From: Octopus sinensis
Taxonomy: Eukaryota
DNA: 64,000 bases
Assembly: GCF_006345805.1 (NCBI RefSeq)
Contig: NC_043011.1
Coordinates: forward strand, 43,908,464 to 43,972,463
Reading direction: 5' to 3'
Shown here: in pieces, positions 12,083-25,406 of the stretch
Numbering within the stretch: position 1 is the first letter of the stretch
Layout of the letters: each line of letters opens with the position of its first letter
Notes under the pieces: model-generated
The model's input: the letters and a program-made list of their open reading frames with translations, nothing else
The model's database searches: none
Told to the model about the DNA's origin: nothing
Made by a program: the position numbers and the translations under genes

Positions 12083-12523
12083 CCGTTAATGTTGTTTTTT
12101 ACGTTATAATCATTTCACATGATTGCACAAGGCAGCACTTTTTGAGGAGAGGGGAAGTCGATAACATCGGCCCCAGTACTTGGCTGACGGCTACTTTTTT
12201 TTTTTATCTACTCCGAAATGATGAATAGCAAAGTCGACCTTGGCGGAGTTTGAACTCAGAACGTAAAGACGGATGAAATATGGCTAAGCATTTTATCCGG
12301 CTTGCTAACGTTTCTGCCAGCTCGCTACCTTAAAACTGAAAAATGACTCAATACAATATGGTTTAGTACAGATTTATTATTCTCTACGAAGAATAGTAAT
12401 AACAGTAACTTCGAAGTTTCGGTCAGCTAGCCAATCATCGGACAATCCACATTTGTTCGATGATTGCTTAGCTGGCCGAAATTTCTAAGTCGTTACTAAT
12501 GCTATTCTTGTTAAAGAATTATA

Positions 12524-12630
<107 letters not shown>

Positions 12631-13044
12631 GGAGAGAGATGATAGATAGATAGATAGATAGATAGATTAGATAGATAGATAGATAGATATGTGTTTGTTT
12701 GTGTGCATCTATATATAATATAATATATGCATATATGCATACATATATGTACATACCTACATGTATATGTATATATACATGCATATATGGGTACAGGACA
12801 TCAAAAAACGTAGATACAGTGAGAAACGAAAACATAAAAACAAAAACCTTGAAAACGAGACATGTAACAAAGAACATTCCCTTCATCAGTTGTCCTCTGT
12901 TCCACGTACTCCGCGTTTCGAAGATAAGGACGAGGTGCGACTTCGTCAAAACAGTACTTCCCGCAAAGTAAATTAAATAAAATTTGGGATTTTTTGCGGA
13001 GGGTGAAAGTGGTAACAAAAACAGGACAGTGAGAACAAGAGAGT

Positions 13045-13232
13045 AAAAACAAACGGTGAGGGTTGTTAAGCAAAGACGATGTGAAGTTATGAACCCTGTA
13101 CCATTCCTTGTCCACACTGTCAAAGGCTCTTTCGGGTGCAGATTGGGCTCGCTAGCCATCTGCGGACTCAGAAAACAAACTTACTCCCACCCTGGATGAC
13201 TAGATGGTCTTCGTCGCATCGACGGACAAACT
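13045..13232 (+). mobile_element. RTE-clade LINE 3' end with terminal C2H2-like finger
   Basis: Translates PCPHCQRLFRVQIGLASHLRT, matching the CxxCxRxFxxxIGLxSHxR motif at the C-terminus of many RTE ORFs. Confidence 0.65.
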
Positions 13233-13870
13233 ATATGAACGCTGGAAAAACGAGTTTGAGAAGAGATAGATAAAATCGCATCTTATCTTTAGGAAGGAAT
13301 ACACACACACACACACACACATATATTATTACTATTTAAAATAGTTTCATTTGACTCTAAGTGACTTAAAGTTTCGCTGGCTTCTTACAGAAACCTAGCT
13401 GTTAAAGCTCAGATTACTCGTCAACGAGCTAGGTTTTTGTAAGAAGTCTTGGAAACTTTAAGTCGCCTAGAACCGAATCAAACTGTTTTGAATAATACAT
13501 GTAACTCTAGTAAATGTGTTGAGTGCCTTTTTTCTTTCGTTTGTCCATTCACTCGTATATCTGTGTGCTTGTGTGTGTTTGTTAGTGTGTGTGTGTGTGT
13601 GTGTGTGTTTTGTGTGTGTGGTGTTGTGGATGTGTGAGTATGGCGTAGATTGCTATTTCAAAAGTATGTGTTAGCTTTAAAAAACTTGCGTTGTACACAC
13701 ACACACGTACACACTCACGCGCACATATACATGCACACCATACATATGCACGCATATGCATGCGCGCGCATACACGCAGGAGAGGTAAGTCAGAAGAGAA
13801 ACGGCAGTCTGTGACCTGAACGAATTTTATATCTTTAGAGGTGAAGCGGGCAAACTGTTAACAAGGTGAT

Positions 13871-13932
<62 letters not shown>

Positions 13933-14006
13933 AAGAGAAAGGAGAGAGAGAGTGAGTGAGAGAGAGAGGCAGAGACAGAGACAGACAAACAGAGAGAGAG
14001 AGAGAG

Positions 14007-14046
<40 letters not shown>

Positions 14047-14604
14047 AACGCAAGCAATGAGGCAGGAGGTGATGATGTTGAGATTTACTACAGCAACATC
14101 GACACCTCCTACGAGCGCACGCACACAACACATACACATACACACACAGATGCATGCGCACAAGCTCACACACACACGAATATATATACATTCAGATACT
14201 CCCACACACATTCACACATATGGCACGCACATGCATTGCACACATACACTTCTCGCTTCTCATAAATACATAACACTTCATGCACAAACCGCTTCTCTTT
14301 TACAACTGGCGCGGTGGTAGCGGTAGTTGTAGTGGTGGTGATGGTTGAAGTCGGTGGGAAGCTGTAGATACAAGAAGGGAAGAATATGGATGGATGTGAG
14401 TGTGTGTGTGTAGGTGCAGGAGTGGCTGTGTGGTAAGTAGCTTGCTTACCAGCCACATGGTTTCGGGTTCAATCCCACTGCGTGGCACCTTGGGCAAGTG
14501 TCTTCTACTATAGCCTCGGGCCGACCAAAGCCTTGTGAGTGGATTTGGTGGACGGAAACTGAAAGAAGCCCGTCGTATATATATATATAATATATATATT
14601 ATAT

Positions 14605-14811
14605 ATGACCGCGTGTGGTACCGTTGCGATTTTTTTTTTCCCTGTCTTCCCTTCTCTGGATCTTTCCTTCTCCTATGTTTCCGACGAAGAGCTCCGCTCG
14701 AAGCGTTAAAACCTCCTTTCATTCCCTTCCTGAGCGTCCAATAATACTATATTTGTTCCATTTTTCCTCGCGTTGTTGTGTTTTCCCCTTTGTGTTTTCA
14801 TGTTTGTATTA

Positions 14812-14815
<4 letters not shown>
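14605..14815 (+). mobile_element. Penelope-like short repeat inserted in the microsatellite of a family A SINE (14412-14925)
   Basis: Reverse complement of 3765-3955. Carries a degenerate hammerhead motif GTTT-CCGACGA-A-GAGC-TCC-GCTC-GAAG-C-GTT at 14677-14712. Confidence 0.6.
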
Positions 14816-14854
<39 letters not shown>

Positions 14855-14924
14855 ATGTATGTATGCATGTATGTATATGTTTCTGTCTTTGTCCCCACAA
14901 CATCGCTTGACAACCGATGTTGGT

Positions 14925-15290
14925 GTGGTTAGGGCCGCGGACACGCGGTCGTAGGATCGCGGTTTCGATTCCCAGACCAGTTGTTGTAAATGTTTATTGA
15001 GCGAAAACACTTAAAGCTCCACGAGACTCCAGCCGGGAGTGGTAACGAAACTTGCAGTAGTCTTTCATCACAACTTTCTCTCATTTACTCTTCCCGTTTC
15101 TGTTGTACCTGTATTTTAAAGGGGCCAGCCTTGTCACACTCTGTGTCATGCTGAATCTCCCCAAGAATTACGTTAAGTGCACACGTGTCTGTGGAGTGCT
15201 CAGCCACTTGCACGTTAATTTCAGGAGCAGGCTGCTCCGTTGATCGGATCAACTGGAACCCTCGTCGTCGTTACCGACGGAATGCCACGA
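14925..15290 (+). mobile_element. SINE family E (tRNA-derived)
   Basis: B-box-like GGTTTCGATTCC. Body AAAGGGGCCAGCCTTGTCAC...GGATCAACTGGAACCC is shared with ~7080-7330 and ~57065-57240. Confidence 0.75.
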
Positions 15291-15330
<40 letters not shown>

Positions 15331-15535
15331 TGTGTGTGTGTGTGTGTGTATATCACGTGATCACGTGACCGACCAGTCCATCAGATGTAGTTACACATCG
15401 CTGGTCACAATGCGTTCACATTGTTTTAGCCTTCGACTGACGTGTGTGTGTATGTGTGTGTGTGCATATATACGTGTGTATGTGTGTGTGGTGCATCTTG
15501 AGTCGCATGTGCATGCGCCATATGTGAGTGTGTAT

Positions 15536-15577
<42 letters not shown>

Positions 15578-16335
15578 TTTGCGTTTGTGTGTGTATATGT
15601 GTGTGCATGTGTGGGTTTGTGTGTGTGTGTATGTGTACGTGTTTGAGTGTGTGTTTCAATGAACCTTTACAATACACCTGTTGGCAATCTGTGCTTACCG
15701 TACGCATGCGTAACGCTTAGAGCGCACATACACACACACCCACACTCGTGTGTATGTATGTATATTTATGTTTATATATATGTAACAGATTGTCGTGCGA
15801 TGTTGTGCAAGGAAAATAGTACTCAATACCTGCGGGAGAGTATATTACGCATAAGATTATGCATACATGTCTGTGTGTGTTCGTGCGTGTACATGTGAGT
15901 GTGTGTTGGTTGCGTGTGGGGTACATGTGGGTCTGTGCACGTGTGTTTACTTAATATGTTTGGATTTTAAAATTTCACAGCTTCATTCCTTGAATTTCTT
16001 GCCAGCTGGCATGAATCGTGATTAAGGAAGCTGTGAACTTTTCAAATCCTAAACACGCGTGTACATATACAAATACACCCCCACCACACATATATATATA
16101 TATATACATAAATACATATATATATATATGTAAGTATGAATGTATGTCTACGTATTTCCGTCTGAGGCGTTTATCAATTCGTGTTTCCTACCTCGGTTTT
16201 TCTCTCTGGCTCTTAGCGATATTCTGTAAAATATTAATTCATTTCGACCAGATGTATTGACATACACTCAAGCCATTGGAAGCGTTCCTCCACTTTATCT
16301 GTCTCTGTCTGTCTCTGTCTCTGTCTTTGTCTCTG

Positions 16336-16384
<49 letters not shown>

Positions 16385-17456
16385 CATGCATACACACACA
16401 CCTTATGGCTAATGTAAGTACGTCTATACTTACTTACATCAGCCATCAATGACTCACACACACACACACACACACATAAAAATATAAAAACTACCAGACA
16501 GCCAAAAAACATTTCAACCTTGATTCCATCGCCTCAGTTACCAAATATTTATTTGGTCTCGATGGTAAAAAATACAGTTTCTAAAATGAATAAATTTAGA
16601 GTATTGCTTTTGTCTAATGGCAAAGCGCTTGCCATGTTTACATGCACGGGTTCGAGTCCGATGGACAGCTCTTTTACTCTTTTACTTATTTCAGTTATTT
16701 GACTGTGGAACGCTCGTCATATTTAAAAGAGGTGCAAGGTTTCAAGTCCACTGAACAGCCTTTGAATTTCTCTATCCAAACGTTCTTTTTTCTTTTAAAA
16801 CCAATTTGTTACACGCATTTATTCATAGCTCAACCCGCTTCGTGTTAAACCGTTCCAAAAACGAATTATATGTATCTACATGCGCGTGTTGTGTGTGTGT
16901 GTATTCAAATATATGCGTATACACATATGGATGGCAAAAATATGTGGAGGTACAAAAATAGAAGACAGACACACGCAGACAGGAGAGGTAGATGAGCAGA
17001 GAGAGTCACACTGATAGTTAGAAAACAACAACAACAACGAGAATAAGAAGAATTTCTGGAATATATATTATATAATTAGAGACATTTATTAATATATTAT
17101 TTCATAAATGTGTTTTGTTTTATTGGCGGAAGGAGCCCCAAGTTAATCTATTCATTCTTTTCCTGACTACAAAGGGCTCCATCTACCCAACAGGAAGTCC
17201 TGGGGGACTCTTTTGTCCCGGAGTAGGAAAAATGATTGTCTGATGATTCATTGTTAACTGCCTGATGAGAATCACATAGCAACCACACGATTGTGACGTT
17301 ATTGGAAAATGAGGAAATTTTGGAAAAGAATGAGTATCTGGAATTTTTACACGGTTTTTTGAAAACGGACAAAACCCTTTGTAACTTTCGTCTTGTGTTT
17401 TGTCCCTTTATGTTTTAATTAATATTTGTCAGCCCTTGTGGCCAATAAACGAATTA

Positions 17457-17503
<47 letters not shown>

Positions 17504-17858
17504 AAAGGCAGTGAGCTGGAAGAATCGTTAGCACGCCTAGTAAAATGTTTAGCGGCATTTCGTCCGGCGTGCTAACGTTTCTGCCAGCTCGCCCCAACTG
17601 GATATGTACCATCCTGCATGGAGCAAAGTATGGCCGAAGCTGGATCCTTAGGGAGAGAATACAACTCCTTAATTCTTACACTGCAAATGATACCGTTATC
17701 TGGGCGGATAAAAATCTGCAAGACGTTCTTATGATTTAAAGGGTGATGAACGAAACGAGATACTTTCCTTCATAACCTTGCTACTAAACTGGTAGTTGGT
17801 CAAAAAATTTACTCCAGATTAAAGAGAAAAGAAAACACACGCACGCACACACACACAT

Positions 17859-17904
<46 letters not shown>

Positions 17905-17954
17905 TTACGTACATACATGTAAGAATGCATGCGTACATACATACATATATACAT

Positions 17955-18500
17955 CCAGATTACAAGCTCAGGTTTATACCTTTAATTATTGGGGCCCTGG
18001 GAAATGTAACACATTGCCTAAATACCAATCTTGAGAAATTAGGCTTCTCGAAACCAGAAAGCAGAACGCTAATTCGAAGACTACAGATCCAATCCTTCAC
18101 TGGAAATGTAAAAATCTGTAAAACTTTCCAGAAGTTTATCATTTAAATATATATATAGGCATGTCTAGATATGCAACCATATGCATGAGAATACATGCAT
18201 AAAACATACAAATCTGCACATACATACATACATACATAATACATACATACTATACATACATACATACATACATACATAATACAAACATACTATACTACAT
18301 ACATACATACATACATACATACATACATACATACATACATACATACATACATACATACATAATACATACATACATACATACATACATACATACATACATA
18401 CATACATACACTGCTGATGTTGATACTTAAATGAAGAAGCCTTGGATCTAGGTTAGAAGCCGGTTCTTTCTCTATCGGCAAGAAATCTTGAAATAAACTG
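17955..18500 (+). mobile_element. R4/Dong-like (restriction-like endonuclease) retrotransposon 3' end
   Basis: PDYKLRFIPLIIGALG...KICKTFQKFII* matches the IPxxIGALG motif that follows the REL endonuclease domain. Inserted among (CA)n/(CATA)n, with AATAAA near the end. Confidence 0.65.
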
Positions 18501-18522
18501 AATGTCACACACACACACACAG

Positions 18523-18565
<43 letters not shown>

Positions 18566-19367
18566 CATACATACATACATACATACACATACACATATAC
18601 ACAGTGGCACAGCCCATTGAAATAACTTTGGGAAAAGCTTCTTTTCATGAAAACAATAACCGAATGATAATGTTTTTCAAGAACTGGCTAAGTCGCTAAA
18701 TTATCATGTTAAAAATTGTTTGGCATTATCCGTGATTATAATAAGCGACTTCCATTGTAAATATGTAGACACTCGAGTACATGTCACTCCAGCTGTAATA
18801 CACCTCTCGACTAGTGTGAAACCGTCTATTTGCTGTTGGCATTGTTTCTTCGCCCTCTTATGCTTTGCTTGCCTGCAGGTTTGTACAGGTGCTTCCTGCT
18901 CAATCAACTTTCTCCCTCCCATCTCCCCATCTCTCTCTCCTCTCTCACTCGCTCTCGCTCTCACTTTCTCTCTCCCCCCTCTCTCTCTCTCTGTATATAT
19001 ATATATATATGCATATAAACATATATATATATATATATGATTCGAAAATACACAAATAAAATATACAAAAACAGAGACGGGTGAAAGGGCAACAAACAGG
19101 GTGTATTAGTTTAACACTTAGCAGAAATGGGAGACGTCTTTGACGGTTTGAACCTACACGTTTCTATATGGAAAGAATGAGCAAAGAAAACAGATGGAGA
19201 CGGAGAGGGAGAGCGAGAGCGAGAGAGAGAAGGGGAGAGATAGAGAGATTCAGCGAGAGAAGCAGAGAGAAAGAAAGAGAAGGAGACATATTCGAGGTTA
19301 GATAGCCTTGTAAAAATAATCGAATTTATGTATGAATTAGCTTTTCTCAAATCCGTTCATATATATG

Positions 19368-19434
<67 letters not shown>

Positions 19435-19595
19435 ATATATATAATATATATATATAGCTAATCCAAACAAAAAGCACAAAAAAAACACACAGCAACGCGA
19501 GGACGTGGAACAAATAAAGTATTATTGGACGCTCGGAAAGAAGGGAAGAAGGAGGGTATATATATATATATATATATTGATATATTGATATATAT

Positions 19596-19818
19596 AAACA
19601 ATTGCAGCATAGAAGGTGTTTATAAGCCATTTAAGCACACACCAAAACCGTTAGATTGACTTCAACACTGCTGCAGCACGGAATTTTGTCAGTGAACCAG
19701 TCGCAGTTTCAAAGTGACGAAAATATTTTGACAAATTAAATTTAAATGTTGAAGTGAATCTAACGATTTTTGAGTGTTTTTAAATGGCTTATAAACACCT
19801 TCCACGCTGCAATTGTTT
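19596..19818. mobile_element. MITE/foldback with ~70-bp terminal inverted repeats
   Basis: AAACAATTGCAGC..AAGGTGTTTATAAGCCATTTAA..CGTTAGATT.ACTTCAACA is mirrored at the right end. Confidence 0.7.
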
Positions 19819-20117
19819 TTGTTTCAGCACACGATCTCAGATCAAGTCACTTGCTATGCAAGTACATCGTACATCTCCGTAAGATATATATATATATATA
19901 TATTCTTTCTTTTCTTTCTTTTACTCGTTTCAGTCATGCTAGGGCATCGCCTTTAGTCGAACAAATCGACCTCAGAACTTATTTTTTCTAAGCCTAGTAC
20001 TTATTCTATCCGTCTCTTTTGTCGAACTGCTAATTTACTGAGATGTAAGCACACCAACATCGGTTGTAAAGCGATGTAGTGGGACAAACAGACACAAACA
20101 TATACACACACACACAC

Positions 20118-20165
<48 letters not shown>

Positions 20166-20389
20166 CACAGGCTTCTTTCATCTCCGTCTACCAAATCCAA
20201 GGCTTTGGTTGGCTCGAGGCTCTAGTAGAAGACACTTGCCCAAGGTGCGACGCAGCGGGACCATGTGGTTGGTAAGCAAGCTACTTACCACACAGCCACT
20301 CCTACGCCTAAATGAAACTTTTCAGTAAATTCGAAACTGAATCGTTTGTTAGAATAGTTGGAGGTGGTTGTTACAGACTCGTACCGTCA

Positions 20390-20489
20390 NNNNNNNNNNN
20401 NNNNNNNNNNNNNNNNNNNNNNNNNNNNNNNNNNNNNNNNNNNNNNNNNNNNNNNNNNNNNNNNNNNNNNNNNNNNNNNNNNNNNNNNN
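20390..20489. other. Assembly gap (100 N)
   Basis: Run of 100 Ns; true gap size unknown. Confidence 1.
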
Positions 20490-20539
20490 ATATACGCAAA
20501 TACACACACACATACATACACACACACAGACAGCATATA

Positions 20540-21161
20540 AAGTAATCTCTCGCCTTATCGCGGTTCACCTATCGCGGTTTATTATTTAAGCTTACATTGA
20601 TTCCTCCGTGGTGTTTGTTTTACATTTGTAATAAAATATATACAAATTATAAAAATAATTTTTAAAAATATACAGGCTGTGTGGTAAGTAGCTTGCTAAC
20701 CAACCACATGGTTCCGGGTTCAGTCCCACTGCGTGGCATCTTGGGCAAGTGTCTTCTGCTATAGCCTCGGGCCAACCAATGCCTTGTGAGTGGATTTGGT
20801 AGACGGAAACTGAAAGAAGCCTGTCGTATATATGTATATATATATATGTATGTGTGTGTGTGTTTGTGTGTCTGTGTTTGTTCCCCTAGCATTGCCTGAC
20901 AACCGATGCTGGTGTGTTTACGTCCCCGTCACTTAGCGGTTCGGCAAAAGAGACCGATAGAATAAGTACTGGGCTTACAAAAGAATAAGTCCCGGGGTCG
21001 AGTTGCTCGATTAAAAAGGCGGTGCTCCAGCATGGCCACAGTCAAATGACTTAAACAAGTAAAAGAGAGAAAGAGAGTACAGTACTGTTTCTGCTTCGCG
21101 GGTTTTCACCTATCGCGGAGGATTTTGGAACGTAACACCCGCAATAGTCGAGGGATTACTG
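20540..21161. mobile_element. Tigger/pogo-like MITE interrupted by a family A SINE (~20675-21077)
   Basis: TA|AAGTAATCTCTCG...TATCGCGG at the left end and CCGCAATAGTCGAGGGATTACTG|TA at the right end. TACAG occurs on both sides of the SINE. Confidence 0.7.
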
Positions 21162-21480
21162 TACTCACTCAGTTACATACACACACATGTATACACATAT
21201 ACAAATATACATATACACATACGTATACATTCTGTTTTAATGACTTATTAAGTGACACATCCACAACGGTTCGATTTCCACTCATTTACTTATTTATAGT
21301 CGTTGAAAAGGTTGCAAGAAGCAAAGAAAATTTTAAAAATAAGAATGAGAGGAAATCGAACCGGTGCGTGTGTTAATTACTAAGGCATTAAAACAGAATG
21401 ACTCTCCCCAGACACAATAAAATATGCTTCAACACACGAATTCACATAAAGAATCTTGCAAATAAAATACAAGAACCACA

Positions 21481-22730
21481 TAGGGGTTGGACAAAATAAT
21501 GGAAACACCTTAAAATTTCAAATAAATTTATTTTGATATGGGGTAGGAGTGTCTTTAGCAGTAATTACAGTTTAAATTCTACGAGGTTTGGACTCGTACA
21601 AAGTTTGGATTGTTTCAAAAGGAATTTTTGTCCATTTTTCAGCTAAAACAGTCTCCGGTTCTTGTAGTGATGATGGTGGAGGATATCGACTCCTTACTTG
21701 TTTTTCTAAAATGCATCATAAATGTTCAATAATATTGAGATCTGGGGACTCTGGTGGCCAGATAAGATGTTCAACTTCACTAGAATGTTCCTCGTGCCAT
21801 TCAGTAACAACTTTAGCTGTGTGAATTAGTGCATTGTCATCCTGAAAGATTGCGTTTCCCTCTGGAAACAGTTCCGCAACCATAGGACGAATTTGATTAG
21901 ATAAAATGCTTAAATTGTCTTGACTATTAATTCTGCCATGAAGGGAAACCATTGGGCCGGCGGATTTCCCAGATATAGACCCCAGATCATCACAGATCCT
22001 CCTCCAAGTTTAACAGTTTTAAGAAGGCAGTCTGGGTCAAATGCTTCTTTTGGCTGACTCCATACGTATTCTCGGCTGGTGGTTGGAAATAAGGTAAAGG
22101 ATGACTCGTCTAAGAAGATAACATTCTTCCACTGCTCTAGGGACTAATTCTGTAGGCTCTAAACGCTTTGCAACGTTTGTTTTTGAAAGAAGTGGTTTTC
22201 TGATTGCAGCCCTCCCGCGAAATCCGGCTTTGCGCGGCTCCCGGCGAACAGTTTTTGTGGAAACTGGGTTCTCGAGGTGGTCATTAAGCTCTGCAGTAAT
22301 TTTGGGAGTTGTACTTTTGTGATCCTTTCTATCAATTCGTGAAAGAGTCCAGCGGTTCCTATCTGAAAGTTTTGGTTTTCTTCCGGAGTTTTGTTTCGAC
22401 AGGGAGGTTTTTCCCTCTTTCTCAAAGGCTGTCATTACTTTCGAAAACAGTCCGAGACAGTTGATACACCAAACATTTCGTCTGTTTTTGTTATGCTAGC
22501 GCCTGCCACACGAGCTCCAACAATTTGACCTCTTTGAAAGTCCGATAGATCTATTTTAATGAATTTTAATTACCTTTTTCTGATGATATCTGAAAAGAAA
22601 CAGCAATTTTAGCAAAACATATTAGGCAACACTAATAACAAATCAAAAATCCCAAAATAAACAAGCTTTTGATGATTTTATAGACATTTCAAAATTATGA
22701 TGCTAGGCGTTTCCAGTAATTTGTCCAACC

Positions 22731-22734
<4 letters not shown>
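21481..22734 (-). mobile_element. Full-length decayed Tc1-like DNA transposon (DD34E)
   Basis: TIRs AGGGGTTGGACAAAATAATGGAAACACCT and AGGCGTTTCCAGTAATTTGTCCAACCCCTG. Transposase pieces DLSDFQRGQIVG, GRKPKLS, RKPLLS, FLDES, FQDDNA, WPPESPDLNIIE. Confidence 0.92.
21535..22555 (-). pseudogene. Tc1 transposase pseudogene
   Basis: Split over several frames (ORFs 22037-22435 and 21716-21952), with in-frame stops after IEHL and RRI and no intact ATG. Confidence 0.88.
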
Positions 22735-22804
<70 letters not shown>

Positions 22805-22854
22805 TTTGTGTGTGTGTGTATATGCACACACACATACACATATTTAATATATAG

Positions 22855-23015
22855 TCGCAGGAGTAGCTGTGTAGTAAGTAGCTTACTTACCAATCACATG
22901 GTTCCGAGTTCATTCCCACTGCGTGGCACCCTGGGCAAGTGTCTTCTATAGCCTAGGGCCGACCAAAGCCTTGTGAGTGGATTTGGTAGACGGAAACTGA
23001 AAGAAGCCCGTCCTG

Positions 23016-23046
<31 letters not shown>

Positions 23047-23385
23047 AATCCAAAAGGGAAACAAAAAAACAACAACAACAGGAACAATTACAGTATTATT
23101 ATTAAAAGGCGCTCAGGAGATGGAAATATATATATATGTATACATATGTGTGTGTGTATATTTGTGTGTCTCCTTTTGTCCCCCAACATCGCTTGACAAC
23201 CGATGGTGGCGTGTTTACGTCCCCGTCACTTAGCGGTTCGGCAAGACAGACCGGCAGAATAAGCACTAGGCTTACAAAGAATAAGTCCCGGGGTCGATTT
23301 GCTCGACTAAAGGCGTTGCTCCAGCATGGCCACAGTCAAATGGCTGAAACAAATGAAAGAATAAAAAGAAAAAGAAAAAGAATAT
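22855..23385 (+). mobile_element. SINE family A with insertion in its internal microsatellite
   Basis: Head and tail intact; an extra ~90-bp fragment related to the 3765-3955 repeat lies in the (TA)n. Confidence 0.8.
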
Positions 23386-23430
23386 ATATATAATTTTCAT
23401 ATATAAACACACACACACACACACACACAC

Positions 23431-23905
23431 ACGAATATATATGCTCTTTCTACTTACTTATTAGGTGCAAGGAGTGAAATTCTGAAGCGGTGGAAGCTAG
23501 TCGGTTGCATCGACTCGGAAATGATAAAATGCCAAAGCGACTTCGGCGAACATAGAACATACAGACGAACGAAATGCCGCGAAACATTGTTTTCCAATCC
23601 CGGCTTACGGTTCTGCCGGCTCACCGCCTTAACACACACACAAACAAACACACACACACACCACACACACACACGAATATATATGCTCTTTCTACTTATT
23701 ATTAGGTGCAAGGAGTGAAATTCTGAAGCGGTGGAAGCTAGTCGGTTGCATCGACTCGGAAATGATAAAATGCCAAAGCGACTTCGGCGAACATAGAACA
23801 TACAGACGAACGAAATGCCGCGAAACATTGTTTTCCAACCCCGGCTTACGGTTCTGCCGGCTCACCGCCTTAACACACACACAAACAAACACACACACAC
23901 ACACA
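23431..23905. repeat. Near-perfect ~241-bp tandem duplication
   Basis: ACGAATATATATGCTCTTTCTACTT... starts at ~23431 and ~23672; units are bounded by (CA)n. Confidence 0.9.
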
Positions 23906-25406
23906 CACACAAGCACACACACAGACACACACACATACACACACACACATACATACATACGTGTGTGGCTGTGTGGTAAGAAATTTACTTCTCAACCACC
24001 GCCTAACACGACCAAATCATTCTGAGTGAATTTGGTAGACGGAAGGAAACTAGTCGTATATATTTGTGTGTCTGCGTGCGTGCGTGTGTGTGTGTGACAA
24101 CCGGTGCTGGTGTGTTTACATCCCCGTAACTTAGCGGTTCGGCTTCAGAATAAAAGTTGTGGGGTCGATTTCTTCGACCAAGAACCCTTCAAGGTGGTGC
24201 CCCCAGCATTGCCACAATCAAAATCAATCACATTGGTTGAAAAACAAGATACACTCATGGACGCATGCGCACACATTACAAGTGTGTGTGTATGCGTGTT
24301 CGCCCTCGCATGGATGTGTGTGTGTGTGAGTGTGTGTGTTTGTGTGTCGCCAGTGAAGAAAGAAAAAAGAAAAGAAAGAATAAATGAAAGAAAGAAAGAA
24401 TGAAAGAAAGAAAGAATGAATGAAAGAAAGAAAGAATGAAAGAAAGAAAGAATGAATGAAAAGAAAAAGGTGTGGGCCACCACACAATGCCATATCGGTA
24501 GAGAAAGAGTTAACACAAATCTGATGTCGCTTAATCATAGAAACGTCTAAGATCTACTGCAGCGACAACAGTTCACTTTTTTGTACGTCTGCAAGTAACT
24601 AAAACTCTCTCCGTATTTTTTGGTGACGGAAATTTCCCATCATCATCATCGTCATCATCAATATCACTAGCACTATCTCACCCCCTCTCTCTCGTTATTC
24701 CTCTATCTCACCCTTGCTTTTTACACTCACTTCCTCCTCTCCCTCACATTTTATGTGTTGGCCTCAAAACCGCTTCTGTCGTCTTACATTTTTTTATAAA
24801 AAACGTTCTTTTTATGTCGCCCAGTGCCATTTTCCCTCCCATTTCCTGGGTCTTAAAAACTGGGGTTTTAGTGCCCCTTTGTGACTGTTGTGCGCGGGTC
24901 ATGGGGCGTTATGACGCGGGGAGAGGGATCGAGATTTTTCGCAGACTAAAAAATATCTAAATACCAAATAAAAATATTTTCTGTCTGGTCATGTGGTAAG
25001 AAGTTTCCTTCCAAACCACATGGTTCTGGGTTCAGCCCCTCTTCGTGTCACCCTGGGCTGCCTTCTGTTATAGACCTGGGTCGACCAAAGCATTGTAAAT
25101 GGATTTGATCGACGGCAGCTGGAAGACGCCCGCCACACAAACACATATATATATTATATTCTTTTATTTGTTTCAGTCATTTGACTGTGGCCATGCTGGA
25201 GCATCGCTTTTAGTCGAACAGATCGACCCCAGAACTTATTCTTTGTAAGCCTTGTACTTATTCTATCAGTCTCTTTTGCCGAATCGCTAAGTTATGGGGG
25301 CGTAAAAACACTAGCATTGGTTGTCAAGCGATTGTTGGGAGGACAAACACAGACACAAACATATACGCACACACACACATATGTATATATATACATATGT
25401 ATATAT

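Noticed and set aside
18428-18470. Hammerhead-like motif in the R4/Dong 3' UTR
   Set aside because: Both core boxes deviate (ATGAAGA, GAAG); too weak to call.
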